DNA of 64,000 nt from Candidatus Bathyarchaeota archaeon. Lineage in GTDB: Archaea; Thermoproteota; Bathyarchaeia; Bathyarchaeales; Bathycorpusculaceae. Where the stretch lies: assembly GCA_963811105.1 (NCBI GenBank), contig CAWEPZ010000011.1, forward strand, positions 192,001-256,000, read 5' to 3'. The notes beneath the pieces were generated by a model, which saw only the letters and a program-made list of their open reading frames with translations, searched no databases and was not told where the DNA came from. Shown here piece after piece: positions 51,099 to 61,318 of the stretch. The position numbers and the translations under genes are program-made. Positions within the stretch are counted from its first letter, which is position 1, and each line of letters begins with the position of its first letter.

Positions 51099-53018
51099 TT
51101 AATTTCCTCCTACAGTTGCTTCTACCGTTTGAGGCTTTGCAATTTGAGCAGCTTTCATTGCGTCTTCAGCAATGTACGCCAAGTCACCGAGGCCTAACTG
51201 TTGCAAGCGCTCAACGGTTGGGATACCGTCAACGGTCCATCCTCGTGAAGCATAGTAATCATCTAAACCAATTGCCATTTCTTCGTCGCTGACACAAACA
51301 CCTTTTGCTGGGCCTTCGTCCGGCACGGGGAAATTCTTTATCTTGTAGGGTACATCATCGAATTTGCGGGTCCCTTTTCCCTCGCGTATGTTGAATAGCC
51401 TTGCCAAGTTTTCGATTCTATCGCCGTCTTTGATCATTTCTTCAACGGTAATTGGGATGCCAGTTGCCAAAGTGTAATAGTTAATCAGATCTTTCCAGCC
51501 GTCATAGTATGTGCCTCTACTGAATTTGCAGACGATAAGTGAGTCAATAATGTTGTACATGTGGCTTTCTTCAGTGATCATTTTGCCTCTGCCTTTCTCA
51601 ATTTTGAAGCGGTTTACTTTGCCTTTAACGTCAGGTGAGTAAGCGCCGTTTCTGAGGTGACATGCGCCTCTGAACGAGACACTAAAGCCAAGTGCAGCAG
51701 TTTTGAGTGTTCGCAGGTCGTAGCCTGGCAGTTCTAAGCCTTTAATGTGGCAAGCGTACTTGTAAGCATCTCCGCCGATTAATTCAGCAGCTCTTGCAAC
51801 TCCTTCTGCAAGTATATTGCCTAGCCAGCCTTCGCGTTTGCCGATTTTGTGAATTATTTGGATCAGGGCTTCAGCGTTTCCGAATTTGAGGTCAATTCCG
51901 TCAGTTTGTTCCTTCGTGATTATGCCGTGCTCATAGAGATCCATTGCGAATGCAACGACAACGCCGATTGATATGCCATCCATGCCGTATTCGTTTACGA
52001 TGCGCATGGCCTCGATTATAGCGTCTAATCTGTCGACGCCGCAGAGTGGTCCCATGCTCCATAGACACTCGAACTCAAGCCTTGAAGTTGAGCCCTTATA
52101 TGGTCCCTCTGGGACAACGCCAATATGGTCACAACGCATACCGCAAGTTGCGCAGCCTACAATTTTCTTAACATAATGCTCATTGAAGTATTCACCGCTG
52201 ACTTTATTTGCGCCTTCAAAAGTAGCATTAGTCCAGTTCCTTGTTGCTAGCGCTGATAACGAGTTGAGGACCAAAACGTTTTCAGGCGTCCCTAAGGTCT
52301 TGTATTTCTTGGTAGATGGACCCTTCATTCTTTCATAAATCATTTTGACAAATTCTTTGAAACCATCAAGGTTTGCAACGTTAACATCATGTGTTCCACG
52401 AACTGCAACTGCCTTAAGGTTCTTTGAGCCCATGACTCCACCCATACCACTTCTTCCAATAGCTCGGAATTCATCATTTATAATGGCTGCAAACCTGCAG
52501 AGTTTCTCTCCTGCCTCGCCAATGGCTGAGACACGGATGTAAAAGTCGCCTAGTTCACTTCGGATTTTGTCATCGGTCTCTTTAACGGAAGCGTTCTTTA
52601 AGTATTCGGCATTTCGGATTTCAACTTTGTCATCGTCTAGCCAAAGGTAGGATAGTTTGGGTGCTTTGCCTTTGATTACCACAGCGTCGTAGCCTGCTCG
52701 TTTCAGGTCTGGACCGAAGAAGCCGTGAGCTTCTGCATTGCCGATACCACCTGTGGCGGGAGATTTGGACACGACGGCGTAGCTGTTGCCGCCCGTTGGC
52801 CCCATCGTGCCGCTGAGTGGACCAGTTAAGTAAATTAACGGGTTATCAGGGTCATAGGGGTCTGTGCCTGGTTTTGAATTGTCAAATAGTAAGCGGATGC
52901 CTAAGCCTATTCCGCCAATGTAGTCTTTAGCCATCGTTTCTGATAATGGCTCTGTTTTTATTTCTCCCGTTGTGAGGTTAACATGTAAAATTTTTCCTGC
53001 GTAAGCAAACATGCTCAT
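51099..53018 (-). CDS. aor: Aldehyde ferredoxin oxidoreductase family (W/Mo-bis-pterin)
   Basis: YIGGIGLG, KSPATG, GRSGMGGVMGSKNLKA, CATCGMRC, YGMDGIS, RGACH, YYASRGW. Confidence 0.95.
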   Translation of the reverse strand: MSMFAYAGKILHVNLTTGEIKTEPLSETMAKDYIGGIGLGIRLLFDNSKPGTDPYDPDNPLIYLTGPLSGTMGPTGGNSYAVVSKSPATGGIGNAEAHGFFGPDLKRAGYDAVVIKGKAPKLSYLWLDDDKVEIRNAEYLKNASVKETDDKIRSELGDFYIRVSAIGEAGEKLCRFAAIINDEFRAIGRSGMGGVMGSKNLKAVAVRGTHDVNVANLDGFKEFVKMIYERMKGPSTKKYKTLGTPENVLVLNSLSALATRNWTNATFEGANKVSGEYFNEHYVKKIVGCATCGMRCDHIGVVPEGPYKGSTSRLEFECLWSMGPLCGVDRLDAIIEAMRIVNEYGMDGISIGVVVAFAMDLYEHGIITKEQTDGIDLKFGNAEALIQIIHKIGKREGWLGNILAEGVARAAELIGGDAYKYACHIKGLELPGYDLRTLKTAALGFSVSFRGACHLRNGAYSPDVKGKVNRFKIEKGRGKMITEESHMYNIIDSLIVCKFSRGTYYDGWKDLINYYTLATGIPITVEEMIKDGDRIENLARLFNIREGKGTRKFDDVPYKIKNFPVPDEGPAKGVCVSDEEMAIGLDDYYASRGWTVDGIPTVERLQQLGLGDLAYIAEDAMKAAQIAKPQTVEATVGGN

Positions 53019-53133
53019 TTTTCCCTCATTGTTATTTAGCTGAGTCATTTGAAAAGTATATTAAGTTAATGGCTAATTTATCTAAAATTTCACGTTTCCC
53101 GCCGACGTGTTTTTAATTGCATAACGCAAGAAA

Positions 53134-54246
53134 ATGAGCGAAAACTTAAAGCAACCATGCACACTTTCTCAATCTAAGGCGAAAAACTTGACCAGAATTA
53201 GCGCTCTTCAGTCAGCAATCAAGGGAAAGTACGACTTCTACGCAGTTTTCAATGGCGTTAACCTAACCTATTTTTCTGGCTTCTCAGGAGCAACCGCTAT
53301 GCTTATCCCCCAGCAAGGCGAAAGCACCCTATACGTTTCATCAGTCAATTATGAACAAGCTAAGGTAGAAACCACCGGCTTAACAGTGCAATTTCTAAAA
53401 CTGGGTGAAAACCCGATGGAAAAAATCGCCAACCAAGCAGCTCCAAACAAACTCGCCATTGACTCGATGCCAATTGAAGCTTGGCGTGCTCTAGTCAAAG
53501 CAATGGGTGACGAAACAAGACTTGAACCTACAAGCAATATCGTCAGGGATTTACGAAAAATCAAAGATAAACAAGAAATTCAGCTGATCCGTGAAGCTTG
53601 CAGTTTAGCAGAAATCGGTATGCAGGTGGCGTTTGAAACTGTCAAGCCAGGCATACAGGAAAAGCAAGTGGCTGCACAAGTCGAGTATGCAATGAGAAAG
53701 AAAGGCTCCGATGGAACAAGCTTTGATACAATAATCGCTTCCGGACCTAACTCGGCTTTTCCCCATGGATCTTGCTCAAACAGAACAATCCGTGAAGGGG
53801 ACTTGATAGTGGTTGATTTAGGCGCGACCTACCGGTTATACCGTTCAGACATGACCCGAACCTTCACCACTGGCAAACCCTCAAAAAAGCAGAGAAAAAT
53901 CTATGAAGCAGTCAAAAGTGCGCAACAAAGAGCCTTCGAGACCATAAAACCAAACATCCAAGCCACACAAGTTGACACTGCAGCAAGGCTGGTAATTGAG
54001 CAAGCTGGTTTTGGCGGGTTTTTTGTTCACAACCTTGGCCACGGCGTGGGGTTGGAAGTTCATGAAGCACCTATTCTGAGTCCCGACAGTAAAGAAATCT
54101 TAGCCGTAGGCAATGTCGTGACGGATGAACCTGGAATTTACCTACCTGGTTATGGAGGAGTAAGAATCGAAGACACTATCTTAGTCAATGAGAGCGGTGC
54201 TGAAAAACTAACAAATGGATTATATTCTTTGGAAAAGAATCGGTGA
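53134..54246 (+). CDS. Xaa-Pro aminopeptidase/prolidase (M24)
   Basis: SAFPHG, DLGA...SDMTRT, HNLGHGVGLEVHE, EPGIY..GYGGVRIED. Confidence 0.93.
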   Translation: MSENLKQPCTLSQSKAKNLTRISALQSAIKGKYDFYAVFNGVNLTYFSGFSGATAMLIPQQGESTLYVSSVNYEQAKVETTGLTVQFLKLGENPMEKIANQAAPNKLAIDSMPIEAWRALVKAMGDETRLEPTSNIVRDLRKIKDKQEIQLIREACSLAEIGMQVAFETVKPGIQEKQVAAQVEYAMRKKGSDGTSFDTIIASGPNSAFPHGSCSNRTIREGDLIVVDLGATYRLYRSDMTRTFTTGKPSKKQRKIYEAVKSAQQRAFETIKPNIQATQVDTAARLVIEQAGFGGFFVHNLGHGVGLEVHEAPILSPDSKEILAVGNVVTDEPGIYLPGYGGVRIEDTILVNESGAEKLTNGLYSLEKNR

Positions 54247-54298
54247 AGCAAGACTAAATAACTTCTTTTTATTTTGTTTAATAGAAGTAATTCTTTTG

Positions 54299-54868
54299 AT
54301 AAGACCTGCAATGGCGCTTGTCGATGTACAGAATGATTTGTTACAGGCCCCCAAATGGTTCAAAGAACAAGAAATGTGATTCCGTCTCTGCAGAGGCTCG
54401 TTGCAGCCGCAATAAAAAATAATGTACCGTTGTCTAAAGCGTTGTGCTCATTATCCCAGGATGTTGAGGTGACCCAGAAATGGGGCGAACACCCCACATA
54501 AGGTACCAAAAGGCGCTGAAGTCATTTTGGAGCTTAAGCCTGACAAAACTAAAGATTATGTCGTAGAGATGCGAACTTGCTGCAGTTTTTACGAGACAGG
54601 CTTAGATCTGCTGTTGAGAATTTTTTACGGTGCCGACGAAATGAAAACGGTGGTTCTTGGCGGTTTACGTACATATATGTGCATTCGTCACAATGCTGCA
54701 GATGCTTTCTTCCGTGGATATCACATAGTAATTCCTAAGGGAGGGTTGGAAGCGTTTACTTTGGAAGAGCAAGAACAAGAACTCAAGTACTTGGAATATG
54801 TTTATGTTGCAAAGATAACGATAGGTAATGGCATAATTAAAGAAATCGTTGATTTGAAACTGGGTTAG
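54299..54868 (+). pseudogene. Frameshifted isochorismatase/cysteine hydrolase
   Basis: IRPAMALVDVQND near 54300, broken frames, then ELKP...SFYETGLDLLLR...YMCIRHNAADAFFRGY. Confidence 0.75.
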
Positions 54869-56019
54869 GTCAAGGTGCTATTCCAATAATATATTGTTGA
54901 GTATCTGCCTGTCACGTTGAATGCGACATCATCGTAGATTATGTCAAGCTGCAAACCGTACCTAGCTACAAGCGCGTTTGTGTTGTATAAAATCAATGTT
55001 GCTTTGCTATCTTCAGGCCAGAGTCCCCAAATGTAATCCTCTTTAATATACGGTGTTCGCCTCATTCCCCACCCGTAGTCAGCAGGCAAAACAAGAGATA
55101 CCTGAGCCTTTTGCACGCCATAGCTTTCACGTGGGTAGGTATTAATGTAGTACCAGAACTGCTTCATAGCTTCAAAATGCTGCTCCGACAGGACACCATA
55201 AACGTTGTTTAATGGGTATATTGGATAGTTGAAGACTAAAACATATTTTGCACCAGCCTGGTAAGAGGACACCATATCACTGTACATTTCAGTTGCGTTT
55301 GGCATGTATGGTGGTTGCTGATACTTCCAGGTAATGATGGTGCCCCAATCTTTTCCCTGCATGTCTGCTGCTCCACGACAGAGCCCAATTTGTCGTGAGT
55401 TGCTTTCGTTCCAGCCTAACTCTGCAAAAACTGTATCGTAGCCTGCTTGGTAATCAAACCAGTAAAGAGCATAATCAGAAATAAACATGGGAACGCCTCG
55501 CCTTTTGGCATCCAATGTGCTGTTAGTTTTAAAGGCAATGTTGTTAACATACTGGTTTGCAGCATCACTGTAGTTGGCGGCGTTGAGGACAGTTTTTTGA
55601 GTTGCGTTTCCTTCGATTTGTTTTCCTCCAAGTTCATCTTGTAAATAGACGCCAAGAAACTTGTCTCCCCAATACTGTTTCGCTGTATCTAGCCATGTCT
55701 GGTGCCAAGGATAAATTATTCGGGAAATGAATGCAAAGTAGACTATGAATTTTAAGTTAGCTTGATCACAATAGTTGCATACTTCGTTTAAGGCGGTTTC
55801 GTTGGTTGTGATGTTCCACGAGTCGATGATAAACACGTTTGTGTAACTTTTTACTTTATCAATCAGCGGCTTAGCCGCTTCAGCTGAAGCTTCACCATAG
55901 GAAACCCCAAAATAGAAATCGGTTGATTTTGCAGTTGAAGCGCTTTGGTTTCCATCAAGGAAGAGCAAGCTTGCCAAAATTGCTGCAATAAGAAGCAAAG
56001 CCATGACTGAGAGTTTCAT
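54865..56019 (-). CDS. Secreted/membrane-anchored hypothetical protein (possible TIM-barrel glycoside hydrolase-like)
   Basis: Signal-like N-terminus from ATG 56019; FLGVYLQDELGG, SDYALYWFDY.AGYD, RGAA...WG.IITW. Confidence 0.75.
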   Translation of the reverse strand: MKLSVMALLLIAAILASLLFLDGNQSASTAKSTDFYFGVSYGEASAEAAKPLIDKVKSYTNVFIIDSWNITTNETALNEVCNYCDQANLKFIVYFAFISRIIYPWHQTWLDTAKQYWGDKFLGVYLQDELGGKQIEGNATQKTVLNAANYSDAANQYVNNIAFKTNSTLDAKRRGVPMFISDYALYWFDYQAGYDTVFAELGWNESNSRQIGLCRGAADMQGKDWGTIITWKYQQPPYMPNATEMYSDMVSSYQAGAKYVLVFNYPIYPLNNVYGVLSEQHFEAMKQFWYYINTYPRESYGVQKAQVSLVLPADYGWGMRRTPYIKEDYIWGLWPEDSKATLILYNTNALVARYGLQLDIIYDDVAFNVTGRYSTIYYWNSTLT

Positions 56020-56045
56020 TTCTATCTTAACAATTAAAGATCGAT

Positions 56046-56309
56046 TTGAGCATAAATGTTTTCCCAAAATTAACAAAAAACAATACCTCAAAAAGAGTGC
56101 AAGGTTGGAACAACAGTTCAAAAATAAAACCAGATAAAACTGTAAAAGCAGTAGCAGTTGTGACGCTTGTTGTTGCAACTGGGGTGATTCTGTCAACACT
56201 ATTCATAAAACAACACTATATCGCTGACGAAATCGCACGAATAGCACTCGCTTGGATAATCTGGACACTGATATTCAACAAACTATGGAAAAAACAAGCT
56301 TTACCATAA
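56046..56309 (+). CDS. Small 2-TM hypothetical protein
   Basis: 87-aa ORF with two hydrophobic helices. Confidence 0.45.
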   Translation: MSINVFPKLTKNNTSKRVQGWNNSSKIKPDKTVKAVAVVTLVVATGVILSTLFIKQHYIADEIARIALAWIIWTLIFNKLWKKQALP

Positions 56310-56344
56310 CCAATCTAAAGCAAAAGGCTACAATTCACCTCGTA

Positions 56345-56854
56345 TTAAGGGTGGTTTTGATGCCAGATTTTACTGTGAATGTAAAGTGAAGCCGCACCAA
56401 CGATGAGTGCTAAGAGGCTCCCCCCAAAAAGCGGAAAAACGAGAAGGCTCCCGTACCGTGCGATTTCTTGCTGCCACTGCCACGGATAAGGTTGATTCCA
56501 AAGTGGCCATGCCCCAATTACTTGGTAAGTAAATCCCAGAGCCGCCAACAATATGGCAACTTGCTCTTTATGGCCACCTTCTTGCGGTTGTATCCCCTTC
56601 ATACTATACGCGCAAAGGATCAGCGTTCCAACCAGGGTAACAGCAAAAAGGACTGGAATTATAAGGCTCCATTGAAGCGCCAAAACGTAGAAGCCCCGAA
56701 AACTGCCCAAGTTGCTATCTATGTTTGTGATAATAAAACATAAGTTAGTTAAGGTGAGAAATGTCAGTGATAAACCGATTGGTAACTGATGTCTCCAAAG
56801 AAACCCGGCCAACTGTCGGGCTTGACTTGTTTGCTTCAGAGTCGCTTCACCCAA
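56345..56854 (-). CDS. Hypothetical membrane protein (start uncertain, downstream of the tRNA)
   Basis: Four hydrophobic segments; the track's start at 56908 lies inside the tRNA and is rejected. Confidence 0.65.
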   Translation of the reverse strand: MGEATLKQTSQARQLAGFLWRHQLPIGLSLTFLTLTNLCFIITNIDSNLGSFRGFYVLALQWSLIIPVLFAVTLVGTLILCAYSMKGIQPQEGGHKEQVAILLAALGFTYQVIGAWPLWNQPYPWQWQQEIARYGSLLVFPLFGGSLLALIVGAASLYIHSKIWHQNHP

Positions 56855-56874
56855 ATAGTTTGCGGACTTTGGAG

Positions 56875-56951
56875 TGGTGGGCCCGAGGAGATTTGAACTC
56901 CTGACCAACAGATTATGAGTCTGGCGCTCTACCTAACTGAGCTACGGGCCC
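56875..56951 (-). tRNA. tRNA-Ile2(CAT), agmatidine type; CCA encoded
   Basis: GGGCCCGTAGCTCAGTTAGGTAGAGCGCCAGACTCATAATCTGTTGGTCAGGAGTTCAAATCTCCTCGGGCCCACCA; GGGCCC acceptor and A73 fit archaeal Ile rather than Met. Confidence 0.88.
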
Positions 56952-57029
56952 ATTTGGTTGCACTCGTAATATTGCTGTTCCAAACAACATTTAAACATTT
57001 TCCGCATTTACACAAACCAACCAAAAGGT

Positions 57030-57890
57030 TCAACGCTGTGTTCTCTCGAAGTGGTACAGGTATTCTTGAGCGTAACCAGCGTACAGTCCAAAGTAGGTTC
57101 TGCCAAAAGCGTTGAGACGCTTATAATCTCCGTCGCTTAAGGAATCTATAGTTAGAAGCCTCTTTACTAGCGGTTCGGGCAGCATGTTGGCGTAGTGATT
57201 TAGAACTACACGCTTAACCCAGATATCAACCGGGAAAGCTTCCATTTTTTCAAGCGAAAAAAGCAGCACGCAATCGGCGACTTTCAAACCAACCCCTGAA
57301 AACTCCAAAAGCTGCTTTCTAGCTTCAAGATAGGTGAGGTTTTTTAAATCTTCAATGTCGAGGTTTTCTTCATGGATTTTCTTGGCTGTTGCTTGCACAT
57401 ATTTGGCCCTATAACCCAAACCACAATCGAGCAAGGCGTTTTCACTTGCAAATGCCAACTTTTCTACTGTTGGGAAAACGTAGAAATCTAAACCGTCAAA
57501 GCACTTCTTTTTCCCAAACTTTTGTGATAGTTTGCTTAGCATTAGCTCGATTGCAGCTATGCTTTTGTAAGTCGCGCAGATAAAGCTGATAAGGCACTCC
57601 CAAGGCACCTGTCGAACTATCCGCAGCCCCTCAAAGCGGCGCAAAGCGGCCTTAACGTAATCATCCCTGCCGATGCATCTGCTAATTTCTATTAAGTTAT
57701 CGTTTAAACCAAAATATTGTTGAACAAACTCTTCGTCTACACCTTCAAACTCCAATTCATCGCCGAATTGACGTATTTTGAGCATGTTCTCGCCGACTAG
57801 TCCATACCACCAGTCACCCATCTTCTTCCAGCGGAAAACCTGCCCGCAGCAGAGTGAAAAATCCAAATCAAACCCGACATCAAGCCTCAT
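57030..57890 (-). CDS. ogg: 8-oxoguanine DNA glycosylase (OGG1-type with N-terminal domain)
   Basis: CGQVFRW, GLRIVRQ.PWECLISFI, GLGYRAKY, GVGLKVADCVLLF, FPVDIW, AGYAQEYL. Confidence 0.9.
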   Translation of the reverse strand: MRLDVGFDLDFSLCCGQVFRWKKMGDWWYGLVGENMLKIRQFGDELEFEGVDEEFVQQYFGLNDNLIEISRCIGRDDYVKAALRRFEGLRIVRQVPWECLISFICATYKSIAAIELMLSKLSQKFGKKKCFDGLDFYVFPTVEKLAFASENALLDCGLGYRAKYVQATAKKIHEENLDIEDLKNLTYLEARKQLLEFSGVGLKVADCVLLFSLEKMEAFPVDIWVKRVVLNHYANMLPEPLVKRLLTIDSLSDGDYKRLNAFGRTYFGLYAGYAQEYLYHFERTQR

Positions 57891-57895
57891 CGCTT

Positions 57896-60004
57896 CTACT
57901 GCTCCATGAACTTTTCGGGCCTAGGCACTTCCAGATGCAAACCTTTTCGTTGGCGTAAATCACTAATAACCTGCAACCCGAGTTTTTGAGGTATCTTTTC
58001 CCAGTGGTCAAAGAATAATTGCCAAAAAGCTCTGCCGGAAGTTGCAGACCTCAGTTCCTTGGAGAACCCGAAGGTTTCTGCGACTGGTATGAAACCACTG
58101 ATAACTGTCAAGAGCCCCTTTTGTTCAAACAAGGTTACTTTGCCGCGTCTGCTTGATAAGATTCTTGAGGATTCGCCGGTTAATTCTGATGCAATAGTTA
58201 TGATTATTCTGTAGATGGGTTCTAATATTATTGGTTGAGCAGTCAAGAATGAACCAAAAATTGCCTTGCTAACTCCCCGCATGACTTCCGTTGACTTAAA
58301 TTCTTCGCCTAACTGCAAATCCTTCAAGTCAACCTTTACATGTCGAATTGGCTCACCACATAACGGACCTGCTTTGCAAGCAAATTCAAAGCCGCCAATA
58401 ATTGCATCCAGAACTTCCTCAGAAACTGGCTCAGTTTTTTTGCTGCAGTCCAAAAGCACGTTACGTTGTTCATCAATTGAAAGAATATCGCCTGGCTCTT
58501 CAATTCCTTGTCCATCGGGTGCTACTTCTACATAGAAAACATTCTGCTTATTGGGGCTTCTTGCCATAGCAACAATGCCATTTTTTTCAACGCTTTCCAT
58601 GTAAACAACCCGCGGTGAAGAAAACGTGACCTCCAGTCCGTAAGTATTTTTAAGTTCATTAATAGCGACTTCGAGATGCAATTCGCCCATCCCGCTTAGT
58701 AAGTACTCTCCCGTTTCGCGGTCCAACCTAACTTTAAGATTTGGATCCTCATTAGCAAGCTTCTCTAAGTTCTCAAGCAAAACGGGGATATCTTGTGGGT
58801 TCCGGGGTTCAACTGCCAAAGTCACAACGGGTTCAGAAACGTAGCTTATGCCTTCAAAAGGAACCATATCAACCTTGTGTGCAAGGTCAATTAGGGTTTC
58901 GCCCGCTTTAACTTCGCCTGACAAAGATAAAGATGCTAAGTTGCCAGCGGGAACCATATTGACTTCTTCCCTAAGTGAACCCATATCAATGGCAACTTGG
59001 GTAACTTCTGTTTCACACAGAGCATCCACAAGATGTAGCCGATTACCCTTCTCTAATTTGCCAGAAAATAATCTGCCAGTGGCAACTGTTCCGCCATTCT
59101 CATCCGAGTGCACGTTAGATACACAGAAAACCGTTGGCCCCTCATCGTTGCATTCGACCAGTGCTTTGCCGATCGGCGAATCAACTTGCCCATCCCAAAT
59201 CTGAGCAATTCTGTACGCTTGAGCTTCTCGTGGGTTCGGCAGTTTGTTGATTGCCATTTCAAAAATTGCTTCGTAAACGGGAACGTTCTTCTGCAGTTTC
59301 GCTTGTTCTCCTTTTGTATAAGCTTCGGTTATGTCTGAGAATTTAACGCCCTTCTGTTTTGCGATATCCATTGTGAAGCCCCAGCCATTCAACGCGGCTC
59401 CGAAAGCCACGTTTCCTGATGATGCATTGATTTTCCATTGGTTTTTGAACGGTCCTTCGCAATAGAGTTCAATGAGGTCATTGAAAGTGCTAATAATGTG
59501 GTCAAGTTTTTTTTGGATTTGCTCTTCGCTGAGATGCAGTTCTGTTATGAGTCGGTCAACTTTATTGATAAAAAGTACAGGCCGAACTCTCTCATACAGT
59601 GCTTGCCTAGTTACGATTTCGGTTTGAGCCATAATCTCCTCAACTGCATCAACAACCACCACTGCACCATCAATAACGCGTAAGGCACGTGTTACTTTAC
59701 CCGTGAAATCGACGTGTCCAGGAGTGTCCACAAGATTGATGATGTATCGACTTGCCTCAATCTTACAAAGCAGAGTTATGTTTGCTGTCTTTATTGTAAT
59801 TTTTCGTTTCTGCTCTTCCTCAAGATAATCAAGCACCCTAGCGGAACCGGCCATTGCTGTAGACAACAAACCCGCACCTGCCAAAAGGGAATCGGCAAGC
59901 GTCGTTTTGCCATGGTCAATATGAGCAATTATGCCTATGTTTCGAATGAGCTCTTTTCTGCTCATAAGCTCTTGAATCTGCTGTATCTGCTTGAATCTCG
60001 GCAT
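57896..60004 (-). CDS. Elongation factor 2 paralogue (aEF-2p) lacking the diphthamide loop
   Basis: AHIDHGKTT, DTPGHVDF, NKVD, GMGELHLE, GPLCGEP, LRSATSGRA; domain IV reads DLQLGEEFKSTEV where H-R-G is expected. Confidence 0.88.
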   Translation of the reverse strand: MPRFKQIQQIQELMSRKELIRNIGIIAHIDHGKTTLADSLLAGAGLLSTAMAGSARVLDYLEEEQKRKITIKTANITLLCKIEASRYIINLVDTPGHVDFTGKVTRALRVIDGAVVVVDAVEEIMAQTEIVTRQALYERVRPVLFINKVDRLITELHLSEEQIQKKLDHIISTFNDLIELYCEGPFKNQWKINASSGNVAFGAALNGWGFTMDIAKQKGVKFSDITEAYTKGEQAKLQKNVPVYEAIFEMAINKLPNPREAQAYRIAQIWDGQVDSPIGKALVECNDEGPTVFCVSNVHSDENGGTVATGRLFSGKLEKGNRLHLVDALCETEVTQVAIDMGSLREEVNMVPAGNLASLSLSGEVKAGETLIDLAHKVDMVPFEGISYVSEPVVTLAVEPRNPQDIPVLLENLEKLANEDPNLKVRLDRETGEYLLSGMGELHLEVAINELKNTYGLEVTFSSPRVVYMESVEKNGIVAMARSPNKQNVFYVEVAPDGQGIEEPGDILSIDEQRNVLLDCSKKTEPVSEEVLDAIIGGFEFACKAGPLCGEPIRHVKVDLKDLQLGEEFKSTEVMRGVSKAIFGSFLTAQPIILEPIYRIIITIASELTGESSRILSSRRGKVTLFEQKGLLTVISGFIPVAETFGFSKELRSATSGRAFWQLFFDHWEKIPQKLGLQVISDLRQRKGLHLEVPRPEKFMEQ

Positions 60005-60225
60005 AGCTATACCAAACAGAATCCCAATAATGGTGTCACACTATTAAAATTTATAACTTCCAAACCACAACCGCGTCGACTTTGTTGTTGTGTTCACGAT
60101 TCCAGTTGAAGCTGCACCAAAAAGCGTTGAGATGGCTAAAACGCCGTGTTTGGTTGACTTGAAATGCAAGACCTAATTTTGAAAGTTGCCTGAGCATATA
60201 GGCGAAACTCGGTCGTGCAATCGCA

Positions 60226-60423
60226 TTATTTTATTATTGTTTGTACTCTGCCTACTTTGCCGTCTGTTAGTCGTACCTTGATTCCGTGTGGATGAGTTGG
60301 GCTGCTCGTTAGGATTTCTTTAACTATGCCCTCCGTTAAGGTGCCGCTGTGTTGGTGCTGCTTTAAGACGATTTTTACGCGGATGCCCGATTTGATTTGG
60401 CTTCTTTGCTGATTAGGCTCCAT
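60226..60423 (-). CDS. YwbE (DUF2196) family protein
   Basis: GTLTEGIVKEILT.S.THPHGIKVRLTDGKVGRV. Confidence 0.9.
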   Translation of the reverse strand: MEPNQQRSQIKSGIRVKIVLKQHQHSGTLTEGIVKEILTSSPTHPHGIKVRLTDGKVGRVQTIIK

Positions 60424-60546
60424 TTGCAGACACGGGTGGTTCGATACTTATAGTTCATTCGGGCAGAAACTGTTATTCCGATTAGGTGAACTAATCTAAT
60501 TAATAATCTCGCTAACGTAGTAATCATCGATTAAAGGAACCGACAA

Positions 60547-61314
60547 ATGAAAAAACCTACAATAATCCCCGTCGACCAGTTGACGGAAGAACCTTACGCT
60601 TCAGTTCTCTGCTTCCCAAATCCCACCGAAGTCGAAGCGCAAAGCCGCATTGAGGAACTGCGTACCCACGGAGTTTCGGCTCTCGAGTTTTCGGGGTCAG
60701 CTAGCGTGTTTGGCGTTGCAGTTCCAGTTTTGGGCAAGGGCTTCGTAGGCATCGTGGTAATCGCACACTTGAACGGGGAAAGGGTAGCTGTCAAAATCCG
60801 AAGAGTAGACGCTGACCGCGCTAACCTGCTTCACGAAGCAGCTATGATAGCCAAAGCGAACATCGTAAATGTAGCGCCGCATCTGGTAGCCACAAGCAAA
60901 AACTTCCTCTTCATGCAACTCATCGATGGCGACCTGCTACCAAACTGGCTAAAAACAAAAAGAGAAAAATCAGCAGTAAGGAAGGTATTGGAGGAAGTTT
61001 TGGAACAGTGCTTTAGGCTGGATGAAGCAGGTTTGGACCACGGGGAACTCAGCAATGCCCCGAAACATCTGCTTTTAGACAAAACGGGTAATGTGTTTAT
61101 TGTTGATTTTGAAACCTCAAGCAGTGAGCGCAGAGTAGCAAATGTTACAGCGGTTTGTCAATACCTTTTTGCAGGAAACAGCAGTGCATCGAAGATTCTA
61201 AGGGAGATTTTTGGGGAAAAGGATAGGTTGGATTTGATTGATGTGATGAGGGCTTACAAGAAAAACAGAACCCGACAAAAATTTGAGAGTTTACTAAAGT
61301 TCTGCCTTTCTTAG
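60547..61314 (+). CDS. Archaeal Ser/Thr protein kinase (RIO/Bud32-like)
   Basis: LGKGFVGIV, VAVKIRR, DHGELS, IVDFE. Confidence 0.85.
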   Translation: MKKPTIIPVDQLTEEPYASVLCFPNPTEVEAQSRIEELRTHGVSALEFSGSASVFGVAVPVLGKGFVGIVVIAHLNGERVAVKIRRVDADRANLLHEAAMIAKANIVNVAPHLVATSKNFLFMQLIDGDLLPNWLKTKREKSAVRKVLEEVLEQCFRLDEAGLDHGELSNAPKHLLLDKTGNVFIVDFETSSSERRVANVTAVCQYLFAGNSSASKILREIFGEKDRLDLIDVMRAYKKNRTRQKFESLLKFCLS

Positions 61315-61318
61315 CACT

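Noticed and set aside
56020-56199. 60-codon N-terminal extension of ORF 54865..56199
   Set aside because: It overlaps an opposite-strand ORF; ATG 56019 gives a normal signal-like N-terminus.
56875-56951. CAT-anticodon tRNA as Met or initiator tRNA
   Set aside because: No A1-U72 pair or triple G-C anticodon stem; the GGGCCC acceptor matches archaeal tRNA-Ile2.
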